From: Eledone cirrhosa
Lineage: Eukaryota
Direction of reading: 5' to 3'
Assembly (NCBI GenBank): GCA_964016885.1
Contig: OZ024743.1
Coordinates: forward strand, 103,540,001 to 103,604,000
Length of the DNA: 64,000 nt
Positions 56,468-64,000 of the stretch are shown here, one piece after another. The position numbers and the translations under genes were made by a program. Position 1 is the first letter of the stretch, and the number at the start of each line of letters is the position of its first letter. Under the pieces are notes generated by a model. That model ran no database searches. It saw nothing but the letters and a program-made list of their open reading frames with translations, and was not told where the DNA came from.

Positions 56468-56522
<55 letters not shown>

Positions 56523-56585
56523 AGAGAGAGGAAGGGGGATATGTGTAAATGAGGATCGCTATAGAAGAAAAATGAAAATTTTATT

Positions 56586-56682
<97 letters not shown>

Positions 56683-56904
56683 AGAAAGTGAGGTTTTTTA
56701 CAAAATGAAAAATAACCGAGGTGTCCTACACGAGTGAAAGTATACAGAAAAAAGATGAAATCGAAAATGCAACTGGAGTCTTATGTTTAAAAAAATATAT
56801 ATATTTATTTGGTTCCTTTACCGGTTTCGCAGTTCTTCTGCTTTTCAAAGGTAGAGTTGAGATGGAGGGTCTGTGGTTTTTCTCACATATATATATCGAG
56901 AGAG

Positions 56905-56962
<58 letters not shown>

Positions 56963-57606
56963 GGGGTAGTAAATGAGGATCGCTATAGAAGAAAAATTAT
57001 TTTCCTCTATGAAAGTTATTTTCCTCTATGAATATATTAGAGTTGTCAGCAAGTTTTGATAATGCCAGGCACTGCTATTTCAAGATTTGCTACTCTTTCA
57101 TGAGTGGCACTCACTCAACCCGTACTGTCGTGGAAAATATACGAGAGTCTATAAAGAATTTTGTGAGATGATCATTTGCTGGATATGCTCATTTGCATAT
57201 ACTAAATAGAAATTAACGGCCGGAAATGCTAATTTGCATTTAGTGCAAACTTGGATGTTTATATTTAATTGTCAGTAGCAATAAACTGGGTTCCAGCATG
57301 ATAGAGATGTGTATGAAGACATTTTAAAATATATTATACGTTTATATACAAAAAAGAACATATGGGCAACGTCGCTATCGAAGAAAAATGTTTTTTCTTA
57401 ACGTAACGAAAAAAAAATTATTATACTCTATTTTCCTTTGTGAATGTATCACAGAGTTGCCAATAAATTTTGCGAATGTCTGGCAGCACTGTTTCAAGAT
57501 TTGCTCTTTCATCAGTGACACTTACTTAACCCATACTGACGTGGTAATAGACTAGGGTCTGTATAGAAGTTTGCCTGATGATCATTTCCAGCCGATGTAT
57601 TCCATA

Positions 57607-58149
57607 CTAGCAGAAAAACCCCCCTTCGGGTGGTTTTCTGGTAGTATGTGTAGTGTGCATATTGATATTATACACAAATAAGTGTACATAGAATACGTCA
57701 AATAAAATCGTAATTGACATTATGCACAGAAATTGAAGAGAGACTGTGTTACACTGTCTTCTGTAATCAGTAAAGTAATCCATGATATATTTTAAAAAGA
57801 CGATATCATATATAAACTATATTAAATGTAATGAAAACGAAAAGGAGAAAATTAGCGACGGAAATATAAACATTATGATATAACGATGCAAATATATAAG
57901 CGATAAGTGATATAGCGTACGTTATATCATATCCGGAAGTGTTGACATTTGGAAATTTTAAAAGAATTGAATCTTAAAATAAATGATCATTATATATCAT
58001 AATATTTATGTTTAATCAACAGCTACTGAATTTAGTACATAAATTATGTAATATTCATTCATTATTTATTCAAAGTAATCCAACTTACTTTACTAACGGG
58101 ATAAAAAAAATATATTCAGGACGCAATCTCGCACTCTTCCTTTTATTAT
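57607..58149 (-). mobile_element. Non-autonomous Helitron-like element (copy 2), 5' tip split off by the RTE insertion
   Basis: Reverse-complement homologue of 49538-50022; ends with hairpin + CTAG|T on the minus strand. Confidence 0.6.
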
Positions 58150-61100
58150 CACCTTGACCGACCAGTCTGCCGGGCGCCCGTTCGGCGCTGCTGGGTACAG
58201 CACGCTGTCCATTCCTCTCTGGTTCGTGCTTTCCTCATCTATGTAGACCCAATCATATTCCTAAAATCATAACTCCACCTTCGTGGAGGCCTTCCTGGGT
58301 GGTTGTTTCCGCTCGCGCGGGTACCACTCGGCATATGCGTGGGTTCACCGATTATCGGTGAACCGGGTGACGTGTCCAACCCATCTGAACTTGCTGCACA
58401 TATATTCTGTGATGACGTCCCTCACGCCGGACTTCTGTCCGATGACTTCGCTCTTGGTGTGCTCTCTCAACGAGATTCCTAGCATTGATCTCTCCATGGC
58501 TCTTTGAGCCGTTACCAGCCTCTTCTCTTCTCTGTTCGTTGTAGCCCAAGTTCCACTGCCATATAACATTGCAGGTAAAACTGTGCTGTTGAAGAGGTTG
58601 GCGCGAGTGGTCTTGTCCAACCTCACCTTGAGCACATCCCTTATGCCGTTGAACACCTTCCATCCGGCCCTTACTCTCCGCGAGATCTCCCTCTCAATGT
58701 CTCGGCGCATGTTCACTTCTTGTCCTAGGTAGATGTATTCGTCCACCTCCTCTATTTCATTACCGCCAACCACCATTCGACCTGTTGGTACGTTGTCGGA
58801 CCGCATGAACTTCGTTTTCATGCGGTTCATCTTGATGCCTACTGCAGAGCTTTTGCTGTCGAGCTCCGTCGGCATGGTCTGAAGCTGATCTGTGGTTTCA
58901 GCGATGAGTACGATGTCATCAGCGAAACGGAGGTGGGTAAGTAGCTCGGCGTTGATGTTGACACCGCCTTGCCAGTCAATGCCTCTGATGATCTGCTCGA
59001 GACACGGGGTGAAAAGTTTTGGAGAGATCGTATCTCCTTGCTTCACTCCCTTCTCGACCGGCACTCGTACGGGTGATGACAGCAGAGCTATGTCGGTGGT
59101 GCATCCGGAATTTACCTTCTTGAGCAATTGAACGTATTGCGCCTCGACTCCTTGCCTCTGCAACGAGCTCAGCACTGCGTTGTTTTCGACGCTGTCGAAG
59201 GCCTTCTCGTAGTCTACGAACGCGACACAAAGGCATCTTGTACTCTTTCGCTCGCTCAAGCAGTTGTGTCAGAGTAAATATGTGGTCCATCGTGCTGTAG
59301 TTCTTCCGGAAGCCGGCTTGCTTTCTCGGTTGCTGACGTGATAACCTGTTCAGGATTATCTTCGTGAACAGCTTGTACACGTGAGACAGCAGGCATATGG
59401 GTCGGTAGTTCTTCAGGTCTTCTTTATCGCCTTCTTGTATAGCAGGATGGTATTCGACTCTTTCCACTGCGAGAGTATTCTTCCCTCGTCCAGATAGTGT
59501 GTGAATCGCTCGGCGAGGATTTTCCAGAGCTACTCTCCGCCTGACTTCAACACCTCCGATGTTATGCCGTCTTTCCCTGGCGCCTTTCCGCTTTTCATCA
59601 AGCCGACGGCTCTTTCGACCTCACCGACAAGGATGAGTGGCACATTTTCTTCCTGTTGGAGTGACGGCAACGACTGCACATTCCCGGCAGACTTGAAGAG
59701 CTTGGTGTAGAAGTCTTCGCAAACCTTTTTCCACCTCACCCTTGTCGCTGGCCGGTACTCCAACTGTGTTCTTTAGGGTCGTCACCTCCGATCTGTACAT
59801 TGCCATGTCCCTCTCGCATTTCTTGAGGCTCTTCATTTCCTCTGCGGCCTTCAGGAGCTTCTCCATCCAGTATGCCTCGAGGTCTCTCTTCAGTTGTTGA
59901 TGTATCACTCTGCTGAGAAGGGAATATTCGAGGTGATCTTCAGCTGTCCTCTTCATATTCTTCCTCTTCTCAAGCAACTTCATAGTTTCCCCCCGAGAAT
60001 CTTCCCTTCCGCTCCCTCGGGCACACACCCTTAGCCTTCCTCAAGCACTCGTTCAGTTTCCTTATCAGTGAGTCGTAGTCAGCGCCTATGCCGTCTCCTT
60101 GACGCCAATTTTCCTGCAAGATGGCTTCTTGCAGCTGCGCCTCCTTGAAAACCCGGACGCGTTCTCCCTTCGACGCCAAATGCAGCGCCTTCTTCTCCCT
60201 CGTCCGGTCGATGACGACCTTCGCCCTCACCAGACGATGATCACTGCCAGTGTTGAATGGTGTTATAACGGAGACGTCCTGCAATATGCGTCGCTTGTCG
60301 ACCAGGATGTAGTCGATCTCGTTTTGGTGCTCAGAATTTGGCGATACCCAGGTCCATCTCTTCTCCTCCTTCTTCCTGAGTAGGCTGTTTCCGATGTAAA
60401 ACCGTCTCGCCTCCGCCATGGTGACCAGACGCTCTCCTCTCTCACTTCGCTCTCCTATGCCGAATCCTCCGACATACTCTTCCCCTTGCCGTCCCTGTCC
60501 GACCTTTGCGTTGAAGTCTCCCATCATGGCGGTGTAAGTGGACTTCACAGCTAGCACTTTGTCTAGCTGGCGATAGAATTCTTCCACCTCATCGTCGTCG
60601 CTGACACTTGTGGGAGCGTAGGTCTGGACGATCTTGGGGGTGGCCTTCCCTGAGAGGTTCTCGTTCACACCAATCCGCGACGATATGAACTGGCAAGAAG
60701 CGACCTTCGAAGCCCATTCCTTGCTTACGATGAACCCTATATATCCGACCGATCTAGCACCCTCTGCGTATCCATCTTGCCATCGCGAACTCACCTCCTT
60801 CTTCTGGCGGATCTCACACAACCCTAATACGTCGCACCTGATCTTCTTCTTCTCCTCCATTAGGTGATTCAGTTATTGCCCCCCTGCCAAAGACCTGCAG
60901 TTGTAGGTGCATATGCCAAGGTTAGTCCTGTTCCATGGCGGCCTTCGGGAACCTGTGATTCTTAGCAGCCTCTCGTCGCTCGGGTTGCACTCCGCCGTCG
61001 TGGAGTGGTCCGATTGACACGCAGGGTACTGAGGCCCTTTTCTTCGTGCTGTTTTAGCCATAAGATGACCCCATCCCACTGGCTGGGCGGACAGGCCGGT

Positions 61101-61273
61101 ACCTCTTCAGTTTAGCTAGCTTTTGAACTCTAGATGATGAATCATCTCTAGGACCAATAGTCTGATACCTGTGTAGCATGGTAAAACCTGCCAGGACATT
61201 GAGTCCCACTTCCATAGTTAGGGTCACCGCTGCGCCATTTTTGAGGCACTGAAGTAGGATTTTGCAGAGGTCC
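58150..61273 (-). mobile_element. Near full-length RTE-1-like LINE (APE endonuclease + RT), frameshifted
   Basis: ICTYNCRSL; DVLGLCE; YAPTS; MGDFNAKVG; NEIDYIL; SDHRLV; NYRPICLLS; QAGFR; [10 protein letters not shown]; GVKQGD..SP; LRFADD; WVGHV. Probable TSD TTTATTAT (58142-58149, 61274-61281). Confidence 0.92.
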
Positions 61274-61280
61274 TTTATTA

Positions 61281-61329
<49 letters not shown>

Positions 61330-61335
<6 letters not shown>

Positions 61336-61580
61336 TAAAAGGAAAAGAAAATGCTGACAAATTGTTCCCAGTGAAAAATAGTTTAATTAGGAATAGCAAA
61401 CATCACGGGCGTTCTATCTCAAAATTATTTTTGAAAAGCATTAGAAATGCGCAACCGGTAAAAACTTAAAACCAAAACTGAATACTAACCAATACTATTA
61501 CTAATTTTTGCTTATTCCTAATTAAACTATTTTTCACTGGGAACAATTTGTCAGCATTTTCTTTTCCTTTTACCAATATA
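61330..61580. mobile_element. PLE-type end fragment with inverted arms; same family as 18925-19110
   Basis: GTAAAAGGAAAAGAAAATGCTGACAAATT..TTAGGAAT and its reverse complement at 61514-61578. Confidence 0.6.
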
Positions 61581-62149
61581 TCATAACTCGTGTGTTACAC
61601 GTCTATTCTTTTATATATATATATATATATTGTTATACTTGGGGAGGATCATATTTGTGTAATATTGCCAGAATTAATAACAGAACACACTCACTGTTTG
61701 GTTGGTTTTCGCTTTCCGCTTCTGTGTCTTTTATATCGGTAACCTAATTTACTCGGTCCTCAATGTTGCCATTGACTGACCGACGGTCAAAAATAATACA
61801 GATACAATATAGACACAAACACATATATATAGTTTATCATAAATCTTTCGTTGCACATCTGCAACATCGTCAGTGGTGCTATTGTTTCCTCCTGTTGTAT
61901 TGTATGTCTACGCCATTTTTATTCAGTCTGTCTATATATTTATTTATTTATTTGCTTGTTTGTTTATTTTATTTTGTCTTCTTTGCGCATGCGTTTGCGT
62001 GTGTGTATAGTGTTTTGTTTGATGTGTGATGTGTGTTCATGATTGGGTGACTAGTGTGTGTTTATGTGCTTGTGTATGTATTTATTTATTTATTTATTTA
62101 TTTTATTTTATTCTTTTTACTTATTTATACTTCTCTTAGGTCAGTGTTG

Positions 62150-62976
<827 letters not shown>

Positions 62977-63378
62977 AGTATAGACTAAAATAAAACTAAT
63001 ACACCATAAATGTGGTGTATTATGACGAAAATCAGTGGGTCTGTTGATGTGCAGATCTGACTGATCAGCCAGTCTGCTAATATGCAAATCAGGCCAATCA
63101 GTCACTGTATATTCCAGAAAATATCATATATTTTCACTAGCCCTGACAGTTGGCAAGTAGGCAGTATACGGCACTGATGAAGGGCAATCACCAAGAAACA
63201 TTAGTATCTTCCGTTCTGTTTATATGCCAACACAAGAGCAAGAATGACGGGCCATTCTACTCAAATAGTTTAAAGAGGCTGCTTTCATAATTGCAAACGA
63301 ATTTAATATTATTATTAATATTAAAAAAACTCCGATTTACACACACACACACACACACATGTGTGTGTGTGTGTGTGT

Positions 63379-63414
<36 letters not shown>

Positions 63415-64000
63415 TATAGAAATGTGAAATGGTCTAAAATTGTCTGAGTCGTGTCTGGATACAGACAAAAGGGTAGTACCAATGCTATGATTGTCATGAA
63501 AATTTACACATTAATGTAAAAGGTGCCGTGGAAGTGACAGGTCTACTTGGGGTTCTCTAAATTGAAAATGTGGTCTCTAGGGCTAAAAAAACGGTCTTTT
63601 TCTATCGATTTTACCTCCCTATAGTTTCTTAGCTTTACTCTCTCCATCGCTCTAAAATAGATCATTCCCCCACTCTATAATTGAACCGCTTTATTCTCTC
63701 TGTCGCTCTTCACTCCCTATATGACAACACTGCAGAGAGAGATAGGCCGTTAGAATAGCAGAAAGAGATAGGCCGTTAGACAGAGAGAGATACAATTAAA
63801 GTGTTAGATATTCAGAGAGAGAGACAGAGAGGGACCAGCAAACTTTAGTTAACGTTCAGTCACGTGTTATATATCTTTGATCTGTCGTCGCTCGCATAGC
63901 ACACACACATACACATACACACGATAATGATATAAAGCTGGGCGTCGTCTGTATGTATGTATGTATCCTACACACCTCCCTATACTATTTAATCTAAAAT

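Larger units (their letters stand above)
50645..56470. mobile_element. Penelope-like element as a head-to-head palindrome (left arm interrupted by the retrozyme array)
   Basis: 50645-51260 plus 53539-54590 is the reverse complement of about 54710-56376. GIY-YIG C-terminus YIGAT.TKFKERWYNH..CHLCIEE..CKHR at about 54630-54950; hammerhead-like motifs at both outer ends; (TA)n flanks. Confidence 0.88.

Noticed and set aside
50645-56470. Whole palindrome as an assembly fold-back artefact
   Set aside because: The arms differ by many substitutions and indels, and only one arm carries the TSD-flanked array.

Overview
Animal nuclear DNA, most likely a cephalopod/octopus-type genome (inferred from extreme (TA)n microsatellite density plus MetaSINE- and CORE-type SINEs). 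Almost all of the window is transposable-element derived: many Penelope-like element (PLE) remnants with GIY-YIG endonuclease and inverted pLTR-type arms; an internally deleted Helitron interrupted by a recent Ty3/Gypsy LTR element; mariner elements; two R4/Dong-like RLE LINEs; RTE and Tx1-type LINE pieces; and SINEs. The standout is a non-coding 466-bp tandem repeat (51261-53538) in which each full monomer carries an intact type-I hammerhead ribozyme inside a highly self-complementary, viroid-like fold. This is a candidate non-LTR 'retrozyme' (circRNA-producing) family. It is inserted with a target-site duplication into one arm of a PLE palindrome, the empty site is visible in the other arm, and it has a PLE-style head-to-head inversion. 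Two diverged relatives (1-820; 17883-18160) show the same layout, and the first also shares an ATGCAAAT octamer upstream of its ribozyme. Three short candidate host exons may be spliced across the TE-filled introns. Most ORFs in the track are microsatellite artefacts. All coordinates were read by eye; boundaries of degenerate elements are approximate.
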